Shown here: one piece after another, positions 1 through 10,080 of the stretch
How positions within the stretch are numbered: the stretch's first letter is position 1
How the letters are laid out: every line of letters starts with the position of its first letter
Virus record (IMG/VR): IMGVR_UViG_3300037458_001531
Span: 1 to 36,389 of that record
Origin: a virus
Lineage: Duplodnaviria; Caudoviricetes
Direction: 5' to 3' (one strand)
DNA length: 36,389 nucleotides
Made by a program: the position numbers and the translations under genes
The notes under the pieces: model-generated
Databases searched by the model: none
The model's input: only the letters and a program-made list of their open reading frames with translations
What the model was told of the DNA's origin: nothing

Positions 1-92
1 TCGACCGGGACGCGACTGACCAGGGACAGCGGGGCCGTCAGTCTGGCGGCCAGCTCGTCGTCCTCACCGTGCAGCAGTCCGTAGACGCTCAC
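1..92 (-). CDS. 5' part of the gene downstream of the tape measure (probable distal tail/tail-tip protein), truncated by the window edge
   Basis: GTG at 92 overlaps the TMP stop (GTGA) with AAGGAG upstream; open frame MSVYGLLHGEDDELAARLTAPLSLVSRVPV... runs off the window; identity from synteny only. Confidence 0.55.
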   Translation of the reverse strand, partial: MSVYGLLHGEDDELAARLTAPLSLVSRVPV

Positions 93-3000
93 GGCTTGTA
101 TCCCTTCTCCTTGTTGTGCACGTTGACGCCCTCGGCTATCCGGGGCAGCATCTGCATGACCTCCATGCGCGTCTGCCGGCTGACATCGCCCGTTATATTC
201 AGATTGACGATAACCGGAGAGGCCCTGGAGCCGCCGGACTGCACCGGCCTCACGGCCTCGCCGCGCCTGGTCACCATGCCTCCGTCGGAGAATCCGCGTA
301 TGCTGCCCGCGTTAATGGCGGTAAGAAGGGGCAGGAACCGCTTGGTCTGGGCGGCGTTCACCACGAACTCCCCGTCGCTGAGCATGGCGGGTATGGAGTC
401 GGAGGTCGGGGTGCCCGGCCCGGACACGGGGCCGCCGGAGGCAAACACGCCCGCCACCGCCGTGGTGGCCTGCAGGGACAGTATGGCGCCGACTATCATC
501 GACGTGGAGCTGTATATGGCCGACGTTATCAGTCCGGTGGAAGCCGTCGTGGCCGCCAGCTGGGCCTGCGCGGTCGCCGTCTGCGCCGTCTGGCCGAAAA
601 CCATCGTGGAGAAGAATCCCGAGATGGCCGTCAAGATCGGCGCCAGTGCGCCGGTCTGGTCTACGGATCCCTCGGCCTCCCCCGGGGCCGCGCCCGTCCC
701 CATGGCCTCCCCGCCGGGGGCCCCTGCGCCGGAGAACAGGCCGAACACGCCCTTCACCAGACCGGCCCCCGCGGAGAATATCTCCTTCCCGGCGGCCTCG
801 ACGAGTCCCTTTCCGGCGGTCTCCTTTATGCCCTGGATGAATCCGTCTATGAACTGGTCTATTATCGCGTTGGTGACGCCGTCCATTACGGTGTTCAGGA
901 AATTCCGGAATATGCCGATGCTCTCGTCCTGCTTCCTCGCCCTGAACAGGTCCGCGAAGGACTGCTTTATGGAGCCCTCTATACCCTCCACGAACCGCCT
1001 CCCCGCCCCTAGGAAGTTCTTCCTGCCGCTGTCCAGGCTCTCCACCAGGTCGGACAGGCCGAACCGAAGCGCCTCCGCCTGGGTGGCGTACAGCCTGCGC
1101 GTCTCTTCTGGCAGAGTCTTGTCGAAACGTATCGCCCTGACCTTGGCGTCTATCTCGTCCGCGTACGAGGACAGAAGAGCGAGCTGGGCGTCCGTGCTGG
1201 CGTACAGGACCTCCGGGTCCAGGGAGACACCGACCTTCGCCAGCTTCAGCCTGGCCGCGTCGAACGCGTCGTAAACGCTCTCCACGCCGCTGGCCACAGC
1301 GCCCCTGAGGGCCTCCGTCCTGGCGGTGATGGACCGCTGTATGGTCGCGTCATCCACGCCTGCAGTCTCGGACGGCACCCCGGGCGCCGCCGGGGACGCG
1401 ATGTACCCGACGGCCGGGGCCGGGCCCCTGGAGACACCCCTGAAGGCGTCCTCCAGATGCTTCACGGCGTCGGTCAGATTCTCCATCGCCATTATCTGCT
1501 TCGCCTCCGGGCTCTCGTTCAGGGACTCCAGGCTGCGTCTGAAGTGGTCCTCGAACAAAGGTCCCAGTCTCTCCAGCACCTCTACCGGCGACATCGTGGC
1601 GTCCGCCAGGAGGGCGCGCATCTCCTTCACGCGGGCCAGGCCCAGCGGGTCCGACTCCAGCTCGTCGGTGACGTTCAGCAGGCCGGACTCGAAGACGTCG
1701 CCTATGGTCTTTATGGCTGCGGCCTGCTTCTGGAAGAAGGCTCGCTGCTTGGCGCTCAGGCCCACGTAGTCCTCGAACTCCAGCTGCAGGTCCTTTATGA
1801 CGGACGACACGCGCTCGAAGCCGGCCCTGGCCCCCTCGTATGTCATGCGCTCCAGGTCCGCGCGGTAGTTCGCGAGTATACCCTGGAGCCGGAACCCGGC
1901 GGAGATCCTGTCCAGCCGCTGGAACACGGACCGCATCTGGTCCTCGGTGAACACGTCGGAGGCCTTGATGTCCTTCATTACCAGATCGAAGTACTTAGCC
2001 GCGGCCGTCATGGCCCCGCGCAGCCTCGGCGATATCTCCAGAAGCGCCCTCTCGGGTATCTGCGTCTCGAACACGTTGCTGATGAGTCCGGCGATATCCT
2101 CAACGGAACTCATTACGAGTGTCTTGGCGCGCTCGAACTGGCGCTCTATCCGGGCCATATCCCGCACCGTGGCCGTGAGCCCCCTGTCGTCAGTCCGGCT
2201 CAGCGTGCGCTGCCTGGAGGCTCCCAGCTCGGACAGCTTACGAAGATCACTCTCCCCGATCCGGAGCATCGACCTGTACGAATCTCCGACGACCTCTCTG
2301 GCGTTGTTCAGCACCTTGGAGGGTGTATTGTTGAGCGTCTTTTCGTACTCCGCCCGCAGCTCCCTGAGGGCCTTCTTCTGGCGCTCGGCCAGAGCCCGCA
2401 GCTCGTCGAAGCTGAGGTTCTTCGAATTCTCCCTGGACATCAATTTGTTAACGGTGTACAGCTCCGTGGACAGTTTGCGCAGATCCTCCAGCGTGCCGTC
2501 TCCCAGCTTGACCATGTCCTCGAGCGTGAAGGAGAACCCGCCGGAGGAGAGATCCGACATCATGTCGGACAGGGTCCTCGCGGGCTCCAGTGCGTCCTGG
2601 ATGGACAGCCGGAGCTCCTCCATGCGCACGATCTGGGGCCCGGTGGCGTCGCCGAACTTCGTCTTGCTCGTCAGATCATTCAGCTCCATGATCTGGCCGT
2701 TCAGGGCGTCTATCTCGGCCTGAGTCTTGCGCAGCAGAATATTGGCCGGGACGGTGAATCCGAGCCGCGTGGCTATGTCTCTGACGCCCAGGGACACGCC
2801 CTCCCGGCCGGAGAAGGCCCCGGTGACCGCCCGGTCCAGCTCGCGGCTCTTGGCGGCTATGAGATCGTCCAGTTTTCCCTCGGTCACGGCCGACTGTAGG
2901 TCCAGACTGTTCCACACGTTCAGCTCGGGCACCTGGACCACCAGATTCTTCTCGCGGATCTTCCCAACGGCCTTGTCGACCGCCTCAAGCTGCAGCTCGT

Positions 3001-6000
3001 TTAGCGTCGCGATGTCCCTGGCGATCCGTTCGGTCTCGGCCGCCAGTCCCGCCCTGTTGACGGCCGCCACGGTGTTCTTGCCGAAATCGGCGCCTATCGC
3101 CGAGAAGGACAGCTCCAGATTGGACAGGCTGCTCCTGAGAATCCTCTTGGCGTCCTCGGCTATCTTCTCGATGTTTTCCCGGGATATGGCCAGCTTTATC
3201 AGTATCTCATTGCGCTCCTCCGCGCTCCGAACCTGTTTCAGCCGCTTCGACAGCCTCTCAACCTCCCTCGAGATCTCTCGGATGCGGTCCAGATCGGGGC
3301 TGCCCGACACGAACAGCTCCTTGGTATCCAGAGAGATCCCGCCCTGCTGCAGCCTGTTCTGTATCTCCGCGATGTCCTTGGCGAATGCCGACGCCTCTCG
3401 GGCCCTGCGGTCGAACTCCACGAGCCTGTTCAGGGCCGCCTCCGCTGCCGAACTGTACAGATCATAGGTCTGCAGCAGCTGCGGGTCCACCTTGGACGGG
3501 TCGTAGAAGCCCTTCCAGTTTACAGCCTGTTTGTTTATCTCGGTCTGAACGGCTTGATACCTCTGTAGTGCCCTGGTGACCTCCTCTATTATCTCCGGGT
3601 CTTCCGTCTTGACCACTCTGGCCTTCTTTATCAGCTCATCTATCCTGGACTCCTGGCTCGACAAGGGGCGGTACTCGGCAGAGTAGGATTTATTCAGGAA
3701 CGCCGCATTTATCCGATTAATCTCCTGCTGGTAGAAGCGGACCATATCCTTATTGCCGGAGTCCCGCGCCTTACTTTGCAGGTCACGCAAGACCTCTATA
3801 TCTCGTTTGTACAGCCTCTGTAGAGGTTTCTCCTCGAATTGCCCGGAAAGGAATCTTTGAACTAGACTGACCCGCTCCAATTTTCTGAACCCATTGGAGA
3901 TCTCCTGCGTTATCTCATTGAAGTCCTTTGCTCCGCGCTGTGCCAACTTTTCTACGAATTTATTGAATGCGCGGTTCTGATTGAGGATTTCCTGTCGGGT
4001 GGCCTCCGTGACCGCACCCTCGAAATAATCCTCTTTCTTGGCCTTTAAAATGGTTTCCTCGAGTTCCTTTCTCTTCTCCTCGAATTGCTTCTTCTCCTCG
4101 GCACCGATCTTACCGAGATTGACTCTGGATAGATCGTAACCCACCCCGAGACTGAGCTGCTCGTTGGCCTGATAAGCGGCCTCGGACATCCCGAGCGGGT
4201 TCTTTGGGGCCGTCTTCCACAAACCAGTTATCTTACCGACCCAGGCCCAGATGTCCTTCAGCGTCTCTATCGGATTATCCTTGCCGAACAGTAGCAATGC
4301 CACCAGGCCGATGCCCCCCAGTAAGAGAGCCTTGAAACTGAACACAAAGGATGCTATCGCCAATAATATTCTGCCCAGGGCCCCAAATATACCTTTAAAT
4401 ATAGCGCCCGGTAACGCCTGGGCCAGCATGGAGGCCACTACACCTGCCACGACGCTCCACACCTCGTCCGCACCGAAAACACTGGCCATGAAGCCGACCA
4501 CCAGACCGGTCAGCGGTCCTCTCGCGCTAACGAACGCCCGGGCCAGACTACCTAGCACACCCTTACCGGCCATGGCCAGCGCGAACCTGGCTGCGATGTC
4601 CTCCGCAAGCTGTTTGAACGCATTGCCCAGCAGTCTGAAGGTACTGGGTATTGTCTTCAGTAGCACGTCTTTCAGGGCCACCACCATCTCGCCGGATATA
4701 GACTGTACCAAGGCACCTACGATCACCCCGGCCACCGTGCTCCATATCGCATCTGCCCCCAGTGCGCTGGCCAGCAGTCCCGCCACCGCGCCGGCCAGAG
4801 TGCCGCGAAGTGCGGCTAGTGAGTACAAAAGACCGCCTAATATCCCCTTTCCGGCTAGTACCGCGGCCGCCTTTTCCGCTAGTGTGGACAGCAGAGCCGG
4901 GACGGCCTTACGCAGGAACGCAACAGCAGCCAGTAACCCGGCAATTAGGGTCCTACTGAAACCGAACAGGCGGCGTGTAGCCAAACTCCACGCCACCTCC
5001 ACCGCGGCGAACACGTACAAGGCATAGTCCAGAAAGTCTTGGAAAAGCCACTTCGTTTTGCGGAGCCACGTCTCTGTCGCGGTCTCCTGCGAACGCAGCG
5101 CCGATACCCTCTCGTTGAAACCCTCGAACAGAATGTCCCTATCGCCCAGAGAGCCTTGACCTCCCTTAGCCAGAGCGGCTGTCGACAATAGCGCCAGACC
5201 GCCCAGCAGGGCTCCACCCAACAGCCACTTCGCGTTCTTACCGAGTAACAGATTGCCAAGCAGACCGTGGGGACCCGCCCTTGCGGACATGGCCGTGACG
5301 CGAGAATTAATCTTGTCCAGGGCACTGGTGACGGAGGACACGAGGTTAGTGCCGACCCCTCTGTTGAACAGGAAACTCATGTCGGCCAACATCCTGCCAA
5401 ACCCGCTCCGGACATCCTTCGCAGCCTCTTTGAATCCTCTGAAGGTGTTTTTCCATAGCCCTCGCGCGCGTGATCCCACCATGTCTAATGTCTTAATCCA
5501 TTCGGGACCGAATATCAGTTGCATCAGCTTGCCGCCAAATGTTCCGCCCAGCGACGTCGCGGCCTCTATGGACTTTTTGATGAATACGTCTATCGCCGCC
5601 TGTCCGAACTTGATAGCACGGGTGGACACAGACTGACTCGGGTCTCCCCCGAACAGGGCGTCGAACAGGGGGGCGAGAGACGGTCCCGCAAGGAACTTCT
5701 TCGCCTGATCTGTTAATAGATTTTTCAGAGGTAGTGTGACATTCTCCGCGAACAGAGAAGTGATCTTGTCCAGCCCCCTATTGCCGGTAAGTAGCAGGAA
5801 CAATGACGCGGTGTCTAGCATCAACTTGGTAAACGGCGCCTTGGACAGTACCGAGTCGAAGGCACCCAGAGCCGAGGCGATGCTAGTAAGGCCGGCCACG
5901 ATCCTCACGGGTCCGGGTCCTCCGTACAGAAATTCCCCGATGGCGCCCCAGTTCTTCCCACGCGAACTCATGAACTTCTGCAGTGTCTCGAACAGGCCCT

Positions 6001-9000
6001 CGACGCCACCCTTGGCACCCTTAGTGACTTTAAAGAAGTCTTTGATTGTCTTCCCAAATAGGAAGGCCCCAAAAATTCCTAATGGTCCCGACAGTCCGGT
6101 GTACTTGTCTAGTACCTGGAATATGGACTGGAAGACCTTACCGACACTCAGTGGCAGATTCTCCAGCAACCCTCTGCCTAGACCGGAGAAGAATGCCCCC
6201 AATGCATTTATAATCTCCGGGAGTTCCGTGCCTATATTGGAGATCACCAGAGCCACGAATTTCCCAGCCTTCTTGGCGGCCACCTCCAGAAGGCTCTCGC
6301 CGAACAGGGCCAGTCCTAGTCGCTCCCCGATAACCGCCAGGTGCGGAAGCATGGCCCCTCCGAGGGCGGCGCTAAGTGACGCCCTTATCAACCCAGGTTC
6401 GAACAAGCTGTTAACGAGAACCAAACCGGCACCCTGCAAAGACACCTGCAGTAGTGATGGAAAGGTCTCGAACACCTTCTGTGCCACAGCCCTGATTTTC
6501 TGGAAGACGTCTACAACGGCCTTCACGACGGGCTGCGTCTGCACCAGCTCTCCCACGTCCACCCGACGCACATCCTTCAGACCTATAACATCAAGACTGA
6601 GTCTGCCGCTTTTGGCCTTCCTATAGATCTCCGCGAATACGTCGGACACACCGGTCTTGAATCTCATGAAATCGGGCGCGACACTGTTCCACAGGCTCTT
6701 GGAGTCGGATTTGACACTGTCGATAGTGTCGGTCCACCAGGAACCTCCGATCACGTCCTCGTAGATATCCTCGAAATACCCTATCACTCTCTCGGCAAAC
6801 CGCTCCACGTAGTCGGCCGCGGAGGCAAGTTTCTCCCTGGCCAGTTTCTCCATATCAGGGAAGAACTTGTGTAGAAAATACATTCCGGCGAATGCCGCAG
6901 GTATCAGGGTGCCGAACACCAAGACCGCCATTGACAGCTGTCCTAAAAGACCCAGAGCAGACTTCAGGCCAACTTGCAGTGGCAGCAGGGCCAGTGCGAA
7001 CAGCCTTCCCGTCTTCGGAAGGTCCCTCAAACCGGCCTTAAGTTGCCTGAACATCCCGCCCAGCAGTCCGGATGCGGCGAAAAGCGGTATAAACACCTTG
7101 GAGGCGTCTCTTACCACACTTCCGAAGTCCCTGAAGTATTCCTCCACGTCCTCTACACCGCTCTTGATCCCCTCCACAGTGTCCGTCCACCAGGAGTGCC
7201 CTATCACCTCGTCGTAGAGATCCCGGAAGTATCCGATGAAGTCCCGAGTGAATCTGCGGACAGAGCGAGAGATCCCGCTGAAATCGAAGTCGAGCAGGGA
7301 CGACTCTTTCAGCAGTCCCAGAGAGCGCAACACACGCTTGGTGCCCGCGTTTATCGTGTCGACGAACGTGTCGAAGAAGGTCCTGTTCGCCTTCATCGTG
7401 AAACCGAGTGTGAAGGCCAAATCCAGGAATTGACCTTTCATGTCCTTCAGCAGCCAGGCGGCCGCCGTGAGGATCTCGGCACTACCGAAAGCCTCCTCCA
7501 GGATCAGTTTGAGTCTGTTGAGCATGGTCTCTATGATCGCCAGTGTGGCGTTAACCAGCTGCAGCAGCAATCCCGGGAGTTTGAACACTACCTTATAGGT
7601 GGTCAAGATCAGCGCGGCCAGCGCGGGACCGAATATCTCGGTGAACAGACGGCCTATTTCATACAGCCGTACCCCGGTGTCCGTGAGACCCTGGAGTATA
7701 TTATTTATGGAACCGTAGATCGGCGACAGTAGACCGGTCTTGACGGCCACCAGTGTGTCAGGAATGAGACCGAAGTACCTCAACATCCTCCTCCAGACGA
7801 TCCCGATGTCCCTGTCTAACGTGGCTATATTGACGCGTATCGCCCTGGAATCCTCTGACAGACCCTGTGTGAATCTGGAGAACACGGCCAGGAAGGCGTC
7901 TAGGTACTTCCTGCTGAATATGCGCTCGAAAGTCTGTCTGTCGAAACCGCCGGAGGCTATCCAATTCGCCGGTAGGAGACGCCTGAACGCACGCACGGCC
8001 TTCTCGGTGGTGGACTCGATGGTCCACAGGTAGGACAGGCGAAAGTTCCTGATGATCGTCAAGGCGCCGCCGAGGGAATCATCCAGAAGCCGTATGTACT
8101 CCCTGGTCTCGCCCCTTAGGGTGTTCGTAACGAAGAAGCCTGGTACGGCCAGTTTCACTTTCTCTCCCAGGGTCCCCAGGAAATCTAGAACGGGACCGCC
8201 GACAGATTTTATCGAGGCTATACCACCCACTACCTTAGTCCTAATCGAGCCCCCGAGGTCCTCCGCGGACTCGGCCGCCAGTCTCATCTTGACGGTCAGA
8301 TCACCGACACCGGCCGATATACCCCTGGTGAGACCCAGTCCCTTGTCCAGGTTGTACACGTACGTCCTGAACGCGGAGGACAGCGCCCCCTCCAGCTGCT
8401 GCAGTGTCGGAGTGAACTTGGCAAACTCCGCCCCGAGTTTGTCCGCGTTGTTTATCAGCGATGTGAAGATGAAGTCGGACGTCAGTTTGCCCTGCTCGGC
8501 CACAGTCCGGAGCTGTCCCACACTGATATCCAGCTCCTCCGCCAGGAGCTGCGCGAACCTCGGCATCTGCTCCATCACGGACGCCAGCTCCTCCCCGCGG
8601 AGCGCGCCCGCCGAGAGCCCCTGCCCCAGCTGGATTATCGCCCTGGAGGCGGACTCCGCGCTGCCACCGGAAATGGCTATGCTTTGATTCAGGGCTTGTG
8701 TCGCCTGCATCAGACGGCGCTCGGATACCCCGGCTCTCGACAGCGCCGTGCTTAGCTTGTAGTAGACGTCTACCGTGTCCCCAACGGAGGTCCTTGTGTC
8801 TCGCGCTATTCCGGCCAGGCGCTTTTCCACGCGGCCCAGGTCCTCCAGGTCCTTCGTGATTAGCGACAGCCTGTTCTGGATGGAGGTGAACTCCTGATTC
8901 ACACTCTTCAGCACCGCGTACGTTCCGCCCGCAATGAACGCCGAACCTATCGTCTTGCCCAAAGCCGCCAGCGCCGCCGCGGCCTTATTTGTGGACGTCT

Positions 9001-9088
9001 CGATGTTTTTGACGGAATCGCTGACCTTATTGAGCTCGCGCGCAGAGTCGTGCGTTCTGGCGTTTACATCGATCAGGATACCGGACAT
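89..9088 (-). CDS. Tail tape measure protein (2999 aa)
   Basis: N-terminal tape-measure domain (IIQLGQGLSAGALRGEELASVMEQMP), Ala/Gly/Leu-rich helical body with hydrophobic segments, typical C-terminal FASGGPVSGPGTPTSDSIPAMLSDGEFVVNA motif; lies downstream of the tail chaperones; GGAG SD. Confidence 0.95.
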   Translation of the reverse strand: MSGILIDVNARTHDSARELNKVSDSVKNIETSTNKAAAALAALGKTIGSAFIAGGTYAVLKSVNQEFTSIQNRLSLITKDLEDLGRVEKRLAGIARDTRTSVGDTVDVYYKLSTALSRAGVSERRLMQATQALNQSIAISGGSAESASRAIIQLGQGLSAGALRGEELASVMEQMPRFAQLLAEELDISVGQLRTVAEQGKLTSDFIFTSLINNADKLGAEFAKFTPTLQQLEGALSSAFRTYVYNLDKGLGLTRGISAGVGDLTVKMRLAAESAEDLGGSIRTKVVGGIASIKSVGGPVLDFLGTLGEKVKLAVPGFFVTNTLRGETREYIRLLDDSLGGALTIIRNFRLSYLWTIESTTEKAVRAFRRLLPANWIASGGFDRQTFERIFSRKYLDAFLAVFSRFTQGLSEDSRAIRVNIATLDRDIGIVWRRMLRYFGLIPDTLVAVKTGLLSPIYGSINNILQGLTDTGVRLYEIGRLFTEIFGPALAALILTTYKVVFKLPGLLLQLVNATLAIIETMLNRLKLILEEAFGSAEILTAAAWLLKDMKGQFLDLAFTLGFTMKANRTFFDTFVDTINAGTKRVLRSLGLLKESSLLDFDFSGISRSVRRFTRDFIGYFRDLYDEVIGHSWWTDTVEGIKSGVEDVEEYFRDFGSVVRDASKVFIPLFAASGLLGGMFRQLKAGLRDLPKTGRLFALALLPLQVGLKSALGLLGQLSMAVLVFGTLIPAAFAGMYFLHKFFPDMEKLAREKLASAADYVERFAERVIGYFEDIYEDVIGGSWWTDTIDSVKSDSKSLWNSVAPDFMRFKTGVSDVFAEIYRKAKSGRLSLDVIGLKDVRRVDVGELVQTQPVVKAVVDVFQKIRAVAQKVFETFPSLLQVSLQGAGLVLVNSLFEPGLIRASLSAALGGAMLPHLAVIGERLGLALFGESLLEVAAKKAGKFVALVISNIGTELPEIINALGAFFSGLGRGLLENLPLSVGKVFQSIFQVLDKYTGLSGPLGIFGAFLFGKTIKDFFKVTKGAKGGVEGLFETLQKFMSSRGKNWGAIGEFLYGGPGPVRIVAGLTSIASALGAFDSVLSKAPFTKLMLDTASLFLLLTGNRGLDKITSLFAENVTLPLKNLLTDQAKKFLAGPSLAPLFDALFGGDPSQSVSTRAIKFGQAAIDVFIKKSIEAATSLGGTFGGKLMQLIFGPEWIKTLDMVGSRARGLWKNTFRGFKEAAKDVRSGFGRMLADMSFLFNRGVGTNLVSSVTSALDKINSRVTAMSARAGPHGLLGNLLLGKNAKWLLGGALLGGLALLSTAALAKGGQGSLGDRDILFEGFNERVSALRSQETATETWLRKTKWLFQDFLDYALYVFAAVEVAWSLATRRLFGFSRTLIAGLLAAVAFLRKAVPALLSTLAEKAAAVLAGKGILGGLLYSLAALRGTLAGAVAGLLASALGADAIWSTVAGVIVGALVQSISGEMVVALKDVLLKTIPSTFRLLGNAFKQLAEDIAARFALAMAGKGVLGSLARAFVSARGPLTGLVVGFMASVFGADEVWSVVAGVVASMLAQALPGAIFKGIFGALGRILLAIASFVFSFKALLLGGIGLVALLLFGKDNPIETLKDIWAWVGKITGLWKTAPKNPLGMSEAAYQANEQLSLGVGYDLSRVNLGKIGAEEKKQFEEKRKELEETILKAKKEDYFEGAVTEATRQEILNQNRAFNKFVEKLAQRGAKDFNEITQEISNGFRKLERVSLVQRFLSGQFEEKPLQRLYKRDIEVLRDLQSKARDSGNKDMVRFYQQEINRINAAFLNKSYSAEYRPLSSQESRIDELIKKARVVKTEDPEIIEEVTRALQRYQAVQTEINKQAVNWKGFYDPSKVDPQLLQTYDLYSSAAEAALNRLVEFDRRAREASAFAKDIAEIQNRLQQGGISLDTKELFVSGSPDLDRIREISREVERLSKRLKQVRSAEERNEILIKLAISRENIEKIAEDAKRILRSSLSNLELSFSAIGADFGKNTVAAVNRAGLAAETERIARDIATLNELQLEAVDKAVGKIREKNLVVQVPELNVWNSLDLQSAVTEGKLDDLIAAKSRELDRAVTGAFSGREGVSLGVRDIATRLGFTVPANILLRKTQAEIDALNGQIMELNDLTSKTKFGDATGPQIVRMEELRLSIQDALEPARTLSDMMSDLSSGGFSFTLEDMVKLGDGTLEDLRKLSTELYTVNKLMSRENSKNLSFDELRALAERQKKALRELRAEYEKTLNNTPSKVLNNAREVVGDSYRSMLRIGESDLRKLSELGASRQRTLSRTDDRGLTATVRDMARIERQFERAKTLVMSSVEDIAGLISNVFETQIPERALLEISPRLRGAMTAAAKYFDLVMKDIKASDVFTEDQMRSVFQRLDRISAGFRLQGILANYRADLERMTYEGARAGFERVSSVIKDLQLEFEDYVGLSAKQRAFFQKQAAAIKTIGDVFESGLLNVTDELESDPLGLARVKEMRALLADATMSPVEVLERLGPLFEDHFRRSLESLNESPEAKQIMAMENLTDAVKHLEDAFRGVSRGPAPAVGYIASPAAPGVPSETAGVDDATIQRSITARTEALRGAVASGVESVYDAFDAARLKLAKVGVSLDPEVLYASTDAQLALLSSYADEIDAKVRAIRFDKTLPEETRRLYATQAEALRFGLSDLVESLDSGRKNFLGAGRRFVEGIEGSIKQSFADLFRARKQDESIGIFRNFLNTVMDGVTNAIIDQFIDGFIQGIKETAGKGLVEAAGKEIFSAGAGLVKGVFGLFSGAGAPGGEAMGTGAAPGEAEGSVDQTGALAPILTAISGFFSTMVFGQTAQTATAQAQLAATTASTGLITSAIYSSTSMIVGAILSLQATTAVAGVFASGGPVSGPGTPTSDSIPAMLSDGEFVVNAAQTKRFLPLLTAINAGSIRGFSDGGMVTRRGEAVRPVQSGGSRASPVIVNLNITGDVSRQTRMEVMQMLPRIAEGVNVHNKEKGYKP

Positions 9089-9104
9089 CTGCTACTCCGA
9101 TTTT

Positions 9105-9440
9105 TTACCCGCCGGGACGATCGGCGGGCGTTTGTTTCTCGGTTACGATGGTTCCATTCGGCGACACTCCTGGTTGCAACAGAAGTGTTTTCTCTATGAA
9201 GTACGGGGGCGCCTGGCGCGATGTCCCTCTGTTGAGATCATCCACGTACTCCACGTCATTGCAGATGGCCCCGCCACTCGCATACCATCCGTCCCTGGCT
9301 CTCCCGGTGTCCACTGGGGTGGCGTCTCTGAGCTCAGACACGAGAGAGGCCGTCTTGCGCGACAGCTGCTCCGCCACCGCCCTGTCCGCGAAGGAGCGCA
9401 GTTCCAGAAGCGTCTTCTTCACCCCTGTAATTTTGACCAT
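9105..9440 (-). CDS. HK97 gp10-like tail completion/neck protein
   Basis: TPVDTGRARDGW and N.VEYV..LN.GTSRQAP..F motifs characteristic of the HK97-gp10-like family. Confidence 0.75.
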   Translation of the reverse strand: MVKITGVKKTLLELRSFADRAVAEQLSRKTASLVSELRDATPVDTGRARDGWYASGGAICNDVEYVDDLNRGTSRQAPPYFIEKTLLLQPGVSPNGTIVTEKQTPADRPGG

Positions 9441-9775
9441 ATGTCGAGCTTATCCCCTCCCGTTGCGGAAATCATCTTGGAAAACATGACGGAGGATCTG
9501 AAATTGCGCATGTCCAGCACCCCGGCCGCGGCCGGCGGGGACTCTCTCACGGCGGCCAGAGATGGGAATATCTCCTCCGGCCGCTGCTTAACGCCCTGGG
9601 CTTGCAGCAGACGCATGGTGCGCTCGTCGTCGCGCCAGCCCACCGGGCGCCTCTCGAAATAGGCCATCCACCCCAGGAACTCGTCGTAGGGCATTCTCTC
9701 CATGAGCTCGTGCACGGTGATCCCCACATTGAAGGCCAGCTCGTACACGGCGAGTTCCTCCGAGGAGAGCATCAC
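9419..9775 (-). CDS. Tail assembly chaperone, C-terminal (gpT-like) part reached by -1 frameshift
   Basis: Begins exactly at the GGGAAAG slippery site in the -1 frame; MPYDEFLGWMAYF resembles gpT-like segments; position before the TMP. Confidence 0.8.
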   Translation of the reverse strand: MMLSSEELAVYELAFNVGITVHELMERMPYDEFLGWMAYFERRPVGWRDDERTMRLLQAQGVKQRPEEIFPSLAAVRESPPAAAGVLDMRNFRSSVMFSKMISATGGDKLDIWSKLQG

Positions 9776-10080
9776 TTTCCCTGGTCTTGGGCGATCCCGG
9801 AGTGCTTCATGATCTCGCTGGACAGCTTGGTCAGCTCGTCCAGAGGAAACGCCGAGAAGTCCTCATCGGACAGGTCCTTGGCGCCCTCAACGCTGGCCCG
9901 GATCACCGTCCGCAGCACCTCCAGGCCCTTGTCCTCCCCGCCGCTCTCCATCTCCCTGACCCTGGCCTGCACATCCATCACCTCCGCCACGCTCATCTTG
10001 TGTATCTTCACGTCCTCGCCCATGAACTTCACCTGCTTGGACATCTTGCGCCCCACGAGACGCTTTAGATCGTCGGCCAT
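9772..10080 (-). CDS. Tail assembly chaperone (gpG-like), 102 aa
   Basis: Start MADDLK at 10080 with AAGGA SD; acidic, ends in GK at the slippery site; lies between major tail protein and TMP. Confidence 0.85.
   Translation of the reverse strand: MADDLKRLVGRKMSKQVKFMGEDVKIHKMSVAEVMDVQARVREMESGGEDKGLEVLRTVIRASVEGAKDLSDEDFSAFPLDELTKLSSEIMKHSGIAQDQGK
9775..9781 (-). other. Programmed -1 ribosomal frameshift site G GGA AAG
   Basis: Minus strand reads CAG GGA AAG TGA; the heptamer is the same as the lambda gpG/gpGT site; the -1 frame continues ...K V M L S S E E L. Confidence 0.88.

Noticed and set aside
69-8687. Many plus-strand ORFs (e.g. 401, 480 and 296 aa) opposite the TMP
   Set aside because: Antisense shadows of a well-supported gene, with non-protein-like composition
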